A DNA stretch of 38,401 bases from Candidatus Babelota bacterium (GTDB taxonomy: Bacteria; Babelota; Babeliae; Babelales; Vermiphilaceae), in contig JBMOLF010000023.1 of assembly GCA_049325595.1 (NCBI GenBank), positions 1 to 38,401 on the forward strand, read 5' to 3'. The translations under genes were made by a program, and so were the position numbers. The notes below the pieces were generated by a model, which ran no database searches, was not told the DNA's origin, and saw only the letters and a program-made list of their open reading frames with translations. Positions 19,499 to 28,610 of the stretch are shown piece by piece; the stretch's first letter is position 1; the number at the start of each line of letters is the position of its first letter.

Positions 19499-20784
19499 GG
19501 GAATGGGATTTTTTTAATCCATTCTTTAGCTAATTCTAAAACAGCATCCGTTACTTTTCGGCTTGTCTGATCTATTGCTCCTTGCATAGCAATCTCAACC
19601 ACCTTATTTTTGTGCAATCTTTCGCTTTGTTGTCTTTCATATTGCTGTAAGGCAAGATCTTCTTGAAATTTTTGATTTTGTTCTTGGAGCTCTTGACTAA
19701 TTTTTTGTTGTGCAATTAAATTTTTTGCAGCTTGGTCAATTTGAAACTGTTGCGATTGGAGCATTGAGCTATAGCTATAATCAAGTTGTTTCTTGGTAAG
19801 ATATGCTGAGAGCACCATGCCACTTATAGTAAGCATGTAGGGGAAAATTTTTTTACCTACATCTGAAACTCTTGTAAGCATCAAACCAAAATCCCATCTA
19901 ACCTTTTGTTCATCAAGTGCTTTAAGTAGTTGTTTTAAATCAAGCATTTCATTATCATCTGCCGCATTCTGAACCGCACCGAGTATCATATCTTCAATAT
20001 CGCGATAAGATTTTTTATTAGTTTTTTTAGCTAAATTTTTTATATCAGTGATCGTGCACTCATGATTATTTTTATTAAGATAATAAAAAATCATCTCTTC
20101 TCTTTGCTGCAAATCAGGCATTGGCACGTTGATAATCAAACGAGGATTGAATCTGCTTTTAACAGGTGCAGGAAGATTGCTAACGTCATTGGTAGTTCCC
20201 ACAAAAAAGAGGTTATTCGATTTAGCGCACTTATCTAACAATAACCAAAAGGCTGTTATAGTTTTTGCAACTTGCTCATCTTTCTTTTCATCTTGCTCCA
20301 GCAAGCAGCTCATTTCATCCAGTACAATAATACCTTTTCTCTTAGATTCAATAAGTGGATTTAACATATCTTGTAAATTTTGTGGTCCAGAATTTCTAAA
20401 TTGATCAGCAATAAATGGGCCTTCTAAAAATTTGTAATCCCATCCTTTATGAACAAGCTTAGTCATCACAGCCAATGCTAAAGTGGTTTTACCAGTACCC
20501 GGTTTACCTACAAGAATAAGCCGTTTTGGCTTTTGGTTATCAGATAAATTATTATTTAATAAATTGCGAGTGATTTGTTTAACTTTTTCAGGAGCATTTG
20601 CCATTACTTGTTTAGTAAGATCCTTTGAAAGTAACAGCGAATTACTTTCATTTATAGATGATTCAGGATCTTGTGCACCTAAATACATCTTCTTTAAAGC
20701 TGTTGGGGTAATTCCACCAGCATCGTTATTATCCATTGCCAGAACAATATTGCTCAATAAGCATAGAATTAAAATTTTTTTCAT
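19492..20784 (-). CDS. Signal-peptide-bearing AAA ATPase with a C-terminal TM segment and Gln-rich coiled coil
   Basis: Walker A GKPGTGKT, Walker B IIVLDE, sensor-1 GTTN, SRH LPAPVKSRF; N-terminus MKKILILCLLSNIVLA-M. Confidence 0.88.
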   Translation of the reverse strand: MKKILILCLLSNIVLAMDNNDAGGITPTALKKMYLGAQDPESSINESNSLLLSKDLTKQVMANAPEKVKQITRNLLNNNLSDNQKPKRLILVGKPGTGKTTLALAVMTKLVHKGWDYKFLEGPFIADQFRNSGPQNLQDMLNPLIESKRKGIIVLDEMSCLLEQDEKKDEQVAKTITAFWLLLDKCAKSNNLFFVGTTNDVSNLPAPVKSRFNPRLIINVPMPDLQQREEMIFYYLNKNNHECTITDIKNLAKKTNKKSYRDIEDMILGAVQNAADDNEMLDLKQLLKALDEQKVRWDFGLMLTRVSDVGKKIFPYMLTISGMVLSAYLTKKQLDYSYSSMLQSQQFQIDQAAKNLIAQQKISQELQEQNQKFQEDLALQQYERQQSERLHKNKVVEIAMQGAIDQTSRKVTDAVLELAKEWIKKIPFPW

Positions 20785-20817
20785 ACATACTCTCCGTTGT
20801 TAATAATTTGCGGAAGA

Positions 20818-20846
20818 ACTATACGAAAAAAAATCAGGTATGGCAA
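20818..20846 (-). promoter_or_regulatory. Sigma70-type promoter of the AAA ATPase operon
   Basis: TTGCCA-17 nt-TATAGT; closely resembles the promoter at 25363-25391. Confidence 0.65.
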
Positions 20847-20849
20847 ATT

Positions 20850-21890
20850 TTAATTAAATAAGGCGCCTATTGATTTAACCCTAAAATAATTACCAGGGTA
20901 TCTTAAAATAAAATCAAGCTCATATGGGGTTAGCAACTGATCGGCTATAAAGAAATGTTTTTTATAATAAATGATTATTATAAGATGGCTTTTTCTTGCC
21001 ATAAGCTTTAAGCCTTCATCAACAATATCGATAAGTGTATCTTTTAAGAGGGTTATGTAGTGTTCTTCCAAACTACTTAAAACTGCTTTTAAATAAATTT
21101 CTATTCCATTTGTAACATAATAAAATGTCTCATTGTTCCAAACCTGTTCACCTTTTTTTGATAATAGTTTTTTAAAACGCATTACCTCTTGCAAAGATTG
21201 GGAAAAAATCAATGATAAAATAAAAAATTTAATGTTTTTGGGGTATCGAGGAATATAAAGTTGTTTATTTTTTTCAAGTATTGTATAAATAAGCTGATTT
21301 TCGTACTGATGATCTGTAATAGCGACAATAGGATATTGATGAGAATTTTTTTTTAAAACAATATCTAAATCATGCTTAGATGGTAAACAATCAGCAACAA
21401 AATAATAATTTTTATAATGCACTATCAATATATTTTGACTGTCATTTTCTATTAACTTAAGTACTTCTCTAATAATTAATACCAAACTATTCCAGTGAAT
21501 AGCTGTTTGATAGTTGTTAAAACAATCTTCGAGCATGCCATTGTTTTTATCAAAATCGTATGCTCTTAAATAGACTAACTCATTATTAACAAGATTAACG
21601 TGCAAATAACTAGTCATTCCTTTTGTAACTATATTATCATATACAATAAGATCATATATTTGTTGAGCACAGCCATCAAGAAACAATAATGCTATTGTTA
21701 CTATTTCTGCATCATTATTATCACCTATTACATACCTATTTATTTTTCTATCTTTCTTGATTGAGACATATTTTAATATATTGCTATAAGACAATAACAC
21801 TTCATCACATAAGTAGGTAATAAGATCTTCTTCGCTCTGTATTTTTTGCAATTGATTAAAATCCTTTGAAGTATCTGTTACATGCCCCAT
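20850..21890 (-). CDS. Putative immunity protein with two tandem copies of the domain in 21911..22381
   Basis: HYKNYYFVADCL...DLDIVL and YYKKHFFIADQLLT..ELDFIL both match HYKNHYFVADRVLT.DELNAIL; no signal peptide. Confidence 0.7.
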   Translation of the reverse strand: MGHVTDTSKDFNQLQKIQSEEDLITYLCDEVLLSYSNILKYVSIKKDRKINRYVIGDNNDAEIVTIALLFLDGCAQQIYDLIVYDNIVTKGMTSYLHVNLVNNELVYLRAYDFDKNNGMLEDCFNNYQTAIHWNSLVLIIREVLKLIENDSQNILIVHYKNYYFVADCLPSKHDLDIVLKKNSHQYPIVAITDHQYENQLIYTILEKNKQLYIPRYPKNIKFFILSLIFSQSLQEVMRFKKLLSKKGEQVWNNETFYYVTNGIEIYLKAVLSSLEEHYITLLKDTLIDIVDEGLKLMARKSHLIIIIYYKKHFFIADQLLTPYELDFILRYPGNYFRVKSIGALFN

Positions 21891-21910
21891 ATTCTTCCTT
21901 TTACCAAAAT

Positions 21911-22381
21911 CTAGTTATCTTTAATTGCCACTATTTCTTGATTCTGTGAATCGCGCAATATTGCATTAAGTTCATCTTCGGTAAGCACTCGATCAGCTAC
22001 AAAATAATGATTTTTATAATGCATAAAAACTACTCGATCAACTTCCTTTTTCATCCATTTCATGCTTTCATCAATAATTGCGAGCAAAACATTTCTAGGG
22101 ATAATTATTTGGCAGGTGTTGGGTTCATCTTCCTCTAGGTTATCATCACCCCAATAGCGCGGCTCAAGATATGCCAAGTTATTAGTTATATAAAGATGCA
22201 ACAAATTCCCTCCCCCACCTGTTGTTTCTTTTTCTTCAATCAGTTTTTTTTTATTATCTTCTAAAAAAGAAAAACCTTCAGAAAAAAGTAATGCTAAAGT
22301 CGATAATTTATCATCATTAGCTAAGTCCCAAGAATAACGGTCTCTAACATTTTGCACCGTAGCCCATTTTATTTCATTCAT
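21911..22381 (-). CDS. Putative cognate immunity protein of the EndoU toxin
   Basis: Small acidic cytoplasmic protein starting 6 nt after the toxin stop. Confidence 0.72.
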   Translation of the reverse strand: MNEIKWATVQNVRDRYSWDLANDDKLSTLALLFSEGFSFLEDNKKKLIEEKETTGGGGNLLHLYITNNLAYLEPRYWGDDNLEEDEPNTCQIIIPRNVLLAIIDESMKWMKKEVDRVVFMHYKNHYFVADRVLTEDELNAILRDSQNQEIVAIKDN

Positions 22382-22387
22382 AAAAAC

Positions 22388-25315
22388 TCAATCGATATCA
22401 GGATATGCGGTAACTATTTTTGCTTCTTTATCAAATAAATCTATTACAATTTCTAATTTGATTCCCTCATTTGTATATCCAGTGACTACATATCTATCCA
22501 CTTTTCTACCTGGAGCTATTCTAATATTATTTTTTAAAGCCTCTTCAATTTTTTGAATAACTTTTGAAGGTGTCCAATCTTTTGGAAAAAAAGTAGAAGG
22601 TTTTGAGGCCCCTTGATAGTGCCATTGAACTTTGTAAATACCATCTTTTCCATATTGTATGTTCTTGAACTCAAAAATACCCGTATCTTGGATTTTTCCC
22701 AAATAATCATGATGAAAGCCATCTAGTTTAAAAAAATTTCTTTTACAGTTTTTGCTCAAGCAGGGCATGAAGATATGTTCATAATCAATCCAAATTGGGT
22801 TCTTTACTCCAACGCCTTCTGGAGTAGTAAAAGTAAAATCAAAAACTTTACATAACTTTTCACACCCAAGATAGCCAAAACCTATTTCTTCTAATTCTTT
22901 AATAAAGAACCGATGCATCCCGCCGCTGGTTGCTATTGGCTTTCCGGTACACATGCAAAAGTTACCGTTCAACTTTTGCTTTATTTGTAAAAGATAAGGC
23001 TTAATTTTAGTATATGCGCCTTTAGGAAAATATCCCTTACCATTTACTCTTATCACTTCCTCAACCCATTCAAGTTCCCGCATAATACATTCAGGAACTT
23101 CTTTGAGTCGTGGCGCACTGGATTTAGCAGCTTGTAATGCATTAGCTAACAAAGGAGCTTCTTGTGACGCTTTAACAGCCGTATTGGCCAAGCCTTCTAC
23201 ACTGGCAACATATGAACCTTCTTTAGCAAGTGCCGTTGCCAATTTTTTACCAAGATTAGCAACGGGTAATCCAGCAGTTTTTAATGCAACTGAACCTATC
23301 TTATTAAGAAGCGGAAATCCAACAAAATTTTCAGCCAATGTACCAATAATTGCCTCAACTTTTTCAGGTCCTGATGTAGTATCAATTAGATCTTTAATAC
23401 CATGCGTGCACCCTTGCATTTCATTAACTTGCTCTTGTATTAATTGAACTGCACGATCAGGACTGCTCAAAAGATAGTCATTAATTAAATCTTCACGAAC
23501 AGCACAGCGAAAGTATTGTATTGCTGCAAGGCTAATACCTTGGCAGGTTTCTTTAACAGTTTTTATCGGATGCAAAATAGGATTTAATGTTTTGAGCAAT
23601 CCCCTACCCGTGGCATAAATATAATCTTTGATGGTGGATGGTGATTGCGTTACTACAGCTTTTTGATGAAGCTTTAATAGATTATTTACCAATGTCAGAT
23701 CAGCATCTTGAGTCCCATATAAGCGATATTCATTTTGCTGCATTGCAAGTATCGCATTCAGTTTATCAACTAAAATATTTGCTTGATGTGCTTCTTGCTG
23801 TATTACAATGGGTTGTTCAGATATAGAATGCATAACCATATTTGCAAGCGCATTAAGTGTATTTTTAGTTGCAAATTCAAGATTGCTTATAGTTTTACCC
23901 AGCGCCATTACACTTGTTTGAGCTGAAACCTTAGCATATTCATATACTGCCCAACAAAAATCCGCTATGCTTGTTGCTTTTTGTATACTGCCCACTTGTG
24001 TCAAATTGCAGCCAGTTGCTGCGCAATGAGTAATAAGTGAAGCTAAATCTTTTTGCTCGTGTGCAAGCGGTGCAATCTGGTTAACCACACAAACAAACTC
24101 AGATTGCAATTGATGTTGATACGCATCACCGTAACAAGCAGTAAGATCTATTGTTTCTATATTATTTCGCTCTAATAACGTGGCACTTGCTGCCTCAAGT
24201 TGATATTGTTGCCAGGTACGCGGTCCATCTGCGTGTATTGCTTGAGATAATGCATTATTTCTTTGATTTAATAACTCTTGTGAACATGTTGGCGGTAAAT
24301 ATAATGCAGAGTTTATACCGTCTTTGCCATAAAGTTGAGTAAGTTCTTGTTGGTATTTATCTTGTATTGTCGCAAAATGCTGATCAAGAATCTGTTGGGC
24401 TTGCTGAGTTTGTGTTAACTGAAAACTAGTATCTACCGGATAGGGAGTTAAATGTTCCTGAGGCACAATATGATGTGTATCAATCAAACGCGTTTTAAGT
24501 TGCTCATATAAATGAGGATATTGAGTGACAATGGTACTATCTCTACTTAATGCTAAAGCTTCATGAAGTTTTTTCCGGTCAATAAGTTGGGCAATAACTG
24601 ATAGTTTTTGATTAACCGGATGAGATTGAATAAGCGTAAGTCGCTCAACATCAATTGGCTGTGGCAATAATTCTTTAAGATCATTACCAAGACGATGCAT
24701 AAATTTATTAAAGCCATTTTTATCATACGCTAAAATTTCTTTAAAGGTTGGACAAACCTGAGCCAATCTTTCTAGTTGCTTAAAATATACTTGATCATTG
24801 GGACAAAATTTAAGCATAAAATCAGCATACAGACGCGCAATCTGTAACGGTGTCTCAGAAGCTATATGTGTTTTTAAAGAGCCGTTTTTATCAAAGAGCA
24901 AATCTAGTATCTGTTGGCGAACAGCATTAAATGGCTCATTAATATAAGCACTTGTATGAGAAAGATTTATCAGATTCATTTGTGCACTAAGAATATCAAT
25001 AGGATTATGACAATCAGCACATAGTGATTGTAAAACAGTAATAATTGCATTGGTTTGCTCGTGCATAACCGATTTAGCAAGTGGATGAGCGCATTGAAAA
25101 TGATAATCGAGCTCTTTATAGTTAAGACTTGATTTTTGATATGACGGAGAAATATCAATTGATAGATTATTAGATTTATTTTGATAAAAATGTGATTGAT
25201 TTGAAAAATGTGCAACAGGAACCAACCGTGAATCCATCGCTAATAGTGAGCTAGCTAAAATCAGGCTGAACAATATTAATTGCACAATACTATATTTTCT
25301 TAAGGCATTCTTCAT
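22388..25315 (-). CDS. Secreted polymorphic toxin with a C-terminal bacterial EndoU ribonuclease domain
   Basis: C-terminal EHIF...GFHH...GIY...KPSTFFPKDW...KIEEA...G..LEI...TAYP is the bacterial EndoU signature. N-terminal signal peptide and a long helical body. Confidence 0.85.
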   Translation of the reverse strand: MKNALRKYSIVQLILFSLILASSLLAMDSRLVPVAHFSNQSHFYQNKSNNLSIDISPSYQKSSLNYKELDYHFQCAHPLAKSVMHEQTNAIITVLQSLCADCHNPIDILSAQMNLINLSHTSAYINEPFNAVRQQILDLLFDKNGSLKTHIASETPLQIARLYADFMLKFCPNDQVYFKQLERLAQVCPTFKEILAYDKNGFNKFMHRLGNDLKELLPQPIDVERLTLIQSHPVNQKLSVIAQLIDRKKLHEALALSRDSTIVTQYPHLYEQLKTRLIDTHHIVPQEHLTPYPVDTSFQLTQTQQAQQILDQHFATIQDKYQQELTQLYGKDGINSALYLPPTCSQELLNQRNNALSQAIHADGPRTWQQYQLEAASATLLERNNIETIDLTACYGDAYQHQLQSEFVCVVNQIAPLAHEQKDLASLITHCAATGCNLTQVGSIQKATSIADFCWAVYEYAKVSAQTSVMALGKTISNLEFATKNTLNALANMVMHSISEQPIVIQQEAHQANILVDKLNAILAMQQNEYRLYGTQDADLTLVNNLLKLHQKAVVTQSPSTIKDYIYATGRGLLKTLNPILHPIKTVKETCQGISLAAIQYFRCAVREDLINDYLLSSPDRAVQLIQEQVNEMQGCTHGIKDLIDTTSGPEKVEAIIGTLAENFVGFPLLNKIGSVALKTAGLPVANLGKKLATALAKEGSYVASVEGLANTAVKASQEAPLLANALQAAKSSAPRLKEVPECIMRELEWVEEVIRVNGKGYFPKGAYTKIKPYLLQIKQKLNGNFCMCTGKPIATSGGMHRFFIKELEEIGFGYLGCEKLCKVFDFTFTTPEGVGVKNPIWIDYEHIFMPCLSKNCKRNFFKLDGFHHDYLGKIQDTGIFEFKNIQYGKDGIYKVQWHYQGASKPSTFFPKDWTPSKVIQKIEEALKNNIRIAPGRKVDRYVVTGYTNEGIKLEIVIDLFDKEAKIVTAYPDID

Positions 25316-25362
25316 TACTACTTTTTTTCGTATTTTTTAGTTTTGACTCTTTTGCGCAAAAC

Positions 25363-25391
25363 ACGATACGAAAAAAATAAGTTCTTTGCAA
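25363..25391 (-). promoter_or_regulatory. Sigma70-type promoter of the toxin operon
   Basis: TTGCAA-17 nt-TATCGT; overlapped by one arm of a perfect 12-bp inverted repeat (25322-25333 / 25366-25377). Confidence 0.6.
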
Positions 25392-25405
25392 TCTTTGAGC
25401 GATTA

Positions 25406-27307
25406 TTATTTTTTTGTTTTTCTATTAATCAGTGCATCTATTTCTTTTAAAATAATCCCACTGCATGCTTTTACATTACATTCCATAACTGCTGCCATTT
25501 GACGAGCTTGCCATTCATTGTAGGTAAAGTTGAATGTTCCACAGTGTTCGTTAGCAATACAATTTTTTACATTAAAATGTTCTAGGTACATGTAATAGGG
25601 TTTAAATTCTGGCTTATCTTTTATTGTATTCCATAATTGTCGATCGATCACCAATGGTAGGTAAATAACGACCGGTACTGATGAATCTTTCTCATCCTTA
25701 AATATTGAGATGGCTTTTTTATCTAGACCTGTGTAATTAATTTTTGGAAACTTAAGACCATGTTTTCGTGCGTATTGCTCAACCCGCACAAATTCCTCAG
25801 GTATTGCTGCTGAAGCATCAATAAAAATAATAATATCAGCTTTACGCTCAGGTCTACGGCCACTAATAGGTGGATAAGGTAAATTAAAATCAAATCCAGC
25901 ATCACCAAGAGCTAACAATGGGGAATGCGGTGTTTTGCTCTGCGTAATCCCCTTCATAAAATTGGGTACATAGGCAGGAACAAATGGTCTTACCTCTCCC
26001 GTTGGTGATTCAAGAATACTCGAAATTGTATTACGCACCATTTCAATTTTTATCCCGTTTTCAATATATTCTTTGTATATTTTTCGTGCAGTGGCAGCAA
26101 ATGCTGAACCAAAAATACCCATTAAAAACCCAAAGCTTTGTTCTACTGCAAAATCAATCGAAGCACCATTTTCAAATTTTCTGCCAAATGCCCAGGAGGG
26201 TATGTATACTCTTTGCCATGGACTACCTATTTCGTAGGGTGTAAATTCATACCACTCTTCAGGTTGTGCTATTTCTGCGTGCACTGCCGTGTAAATGGGA
26301 AAAGGATCTTGCGCCTTTTCGATTCGTTTTACTTGCTCAGATAATACCATGCGTTGACGTTTATCAGGTGAAAACCGAAAAATAAGATTTGCTAACAAAG
26401 CGCCGTATAAATCAACCAATCCTGTAGGCTGATTAAATGATTTTTTAAGTAATAATACATTTGATATACCACTTAACTCACCCAGCGAAGGAGCTAATCC
26501 TTGTTTTAAACTTTTTACTGCCCATTCTTTATAATCACTAATATTCATGGGGGAAGATAAATACCCACCAACCGTCCAGGTGGAGCCTGATAAAGCACAA
26601 AGATACATTAAAATGTCGTACAAACCCGTAAGGTAACACCCATTAATTGCACCGAGTGCAGAAAGCATGGCTCGTGTACCCCCGCCGCTACAGACTAAAG
26701 CAATTTCAGGAACATACTCAATTTTTTTGTTAAATAACCGCTCAAGCTTGTCTGTAATTACCTTTTTTCGTCGGTCGCGATATATTTTTTCAGCAGATAT
26801 CAGTTCATTACCAATTCGTGCATGAGCAACCGTATTTCGATATGGGTTTTGCGCAATCATCGTAATCAGTTCAGTTGAAGTTCGGCGCAAATCTTCTACT
26901 TGTTTTTCAATTGATTCAATAACTGGTTTTACCGCATTCCATTGCGTTGTGTTATAACCGGTTAATCCGTTATCACTTTTTGCAATGTAAAAACTAGTCC
27001 CCTCCCCTATTCCTACATTTTTTGATCGCAATGCTTTAAATTCTGCTGCGCTAAATGATGGCTTTAAATCTAACTCTTTATGGGCAAAAGCCAACTCGCG
27101 ATAGTGAAATGGTTTAAAGGGAAGTAACTCCATTATTGTCGATGATTCTTGCTCCATTTTTTTTGGAAGCGTTGCCCGTGTTGCTTTATTATTAAAAAGA
27201 TAATATTGAGCTATGTAAATATCATCACCGGTTTTATTATGAATAGTGATCCGATCAGCAAATAATGTCACTGGTATGAATATTATTAATAATATACCAA
27301 CTTTCAT
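25406..27307 (-). CDS. Secreted cPLA2/lysophospholipase-like (PLA2_B) phospholipase
   Basis: SGGGTRAM oxyanion motif, LSGSTW nucleophile, PFPIYTAV, W.EFTPYEIG, L.DAG catalytic Asp, RPERKADIIIFID; signal peptide. Confidence 0.88.
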   Translation of the reverse strand: MKVGILLIIFIPVTLFADRITIHNKTGDDIYIAQYYLFNNKATRATLPKKMEQESSTIMELLPFKPFHYRELAFAHKELDLKPSFSAAEFKALRSKNVGIGEGTSFYIAKSDNGLTGYNTTQWNAVKPVIESIEKQVEDLRRTSTELITMIAQNPYRNTVAHARIGNELISAEKIYRDRRKKVITDKLERLFNKKIEYVPEIALVCSGGGTRAMLSALGAINGCYLTGLYDILMYLCALSGSTWTVGGYLSSPMNISDYKEWAVKSLKQGLAPSLGELSGISNVLLLKKSFNQPTGLVDLYGALLANLIFRFSPDKRQRMVLSEQVKRIEKAQDPFPIYTAVHAEIAQPEEWYEFTPYEIGSPWQRVYIPSWAFGRKFENGASIDFAVEQSFGFLMGIFGSAFAATARKIYKEYIENGIKIEMVRNTISSILESPTGEVRPFVPAYVPNFMKGITQSKTPHSPLLALGDAGFDFNLPYPPISGRRPERKADIIIFIDASAAIPEEFVRVEQYARKHGLKFPKINYTGLDKKAISIFKDEKDSSVPVVIYLPLVIDRQLWNTIKDKPEFKPYYMYLEHFNVKNCIANEHCGTFNFTYNEWQARQMAAVMECNVKACSGIILKEIDALINRKTKK

Positions 27308-27388
27308 TATTTACCCCCTTTTTGCATATCATTTATTATATAAGGAAAGATAACCCGCTTTGTCTATAAATCACAATATTTTTTGCTC

Positions 27389-28456
27389 TCATTCTTTTTG
27401 ACAAAATGGATTTTCTCGTGGTTTTTCATCCACTTGATTTGATTTGTTGGTGTAATTAAGAAAATAACTACCTGTTACCATCCTAGCTTGAGGCTTATTA
27501 AGAACAGTTATGTTTCCCCTACATGTAGCTTCATGGTTAATTAATTCTTCTCGAGAACCCATATTTGTAGCGCAACGATTACAAACAAAAATGTTTTGAT
27601 TTTGTGATCGCAAATAACATTCTAATGCTTTAGTACAACTTTTATATTCAGTATTACAATGAGGACATTCAAATGTTTTATTTTTCGCCCTCGGTGTTCT
27701 ATAAAAAGAGTGCCATCGACTAAAATGATTAATTGCAAGAGTCCAACTATTCAGATTTTGTTTGTTACAAATACATGTTATTACACTAATTAAAGAATCT
27801 AGTCTCGTTTTGATTGATTCCGTATCTTTTTTATCGTCAACGAAAGTGAGTTGATTATTTTTAATCTCCTGAAAAGATGGTTCTAAATTATTTTGATTAG
27901 TCGTATATTTTTTTAACTTCTTTTTCAAATTACAAGGAAAATGTCGTTTAAGATATGCTTCTGAACTAAAATCTTCCTTGCAAAAAGGACAGCGAAAAAG
28001 ACTTTTGTATATATGACTGGCAATATGATCACGCCCTATAGACACATTCGCATGCGAGCTCGCACAGTAAGGACATTTAACAGCCTCTTTGATTACATAT
28101 TTGCCGCATAGTAATATTCGGTGGAAGTCTTTAACATGTTTATTAAACTCTTCCCAACTCAATTTTTGATTGCAACAAGAAAGTTGAACTTCACTATATT
28201 TCTGGTGTAACAAATCAAGAAGGATTTCATTATTTTTTTCGTCAGAGTTGCTCGTTTTAAAAGTGCATCCTTTTATAGTAACAGCAACTATCTCATGCAT
28301 TTCAGGAATTCTTTCTAATTCAACATTGGTAGAATTGGCAATGAAAGCAAGTGACATTTTATTTTCGGTATTAGACGTTGAATAAGAATAATTTTTTTCA
28401 AAACTACTGGTAAACATGGGAGTAAATAAAAGAACTACCAGTCCACAATTTTTCAT
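27389..28456 (-). CDS. Secreted C2H2-like zinc-finger protein, paralog 3
   Basis: CPYC..HIASH, CPFC..LKRHFPC, CPHC..ALEC, CNRC..H...C; signal-like N-terminus from MKNCGLVV (28456). Confidence 0.82.
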   Translation of the reverse strand: MKNCGLVVLLFTPMFTSSFEKNYSYSTSNTENKMSLAFIANSTNVELERIPEMHEIVAVTIKGCTFKTSNSDEKNNEILLDLLHQKYSEVQLSCCNQKLSWEEFNKHVKDFHRILLCGKYVIKEAVKCPYCASSHANVSIGRDHIASHIYKSLFRCPFCKEDFSSEAYLKRHFPCNLKKKLKKYTTNQNNLEPSFQEIKNNQLTFVDDKKDTESIKTRLDSLISVITCICNKQNLNSWTLAINHFSRWHSFYRTPRAKNKTFECPHCNTEYKSCTKALECYLRSQNQNIFVCNRCATNMGSREELINHEATCRGNITVLNKPQARMVTGSYFLNYTNKSNQVDEKPRENPFCQKE

Positions 28457-28610
28457 GAAGTTGCCCACTCTACTAACAAATGTTTAATGTCTTGCTTTAT
28501 TGTTCAACTAAAAGATAACAATGCAGGTGCTATGACACTTTATCAGTAGCATAAAAAAGTGCTTAAAATAAATATTTTTGATATTGGGTCGTCAATACCG
28601 TTTACTAGGA

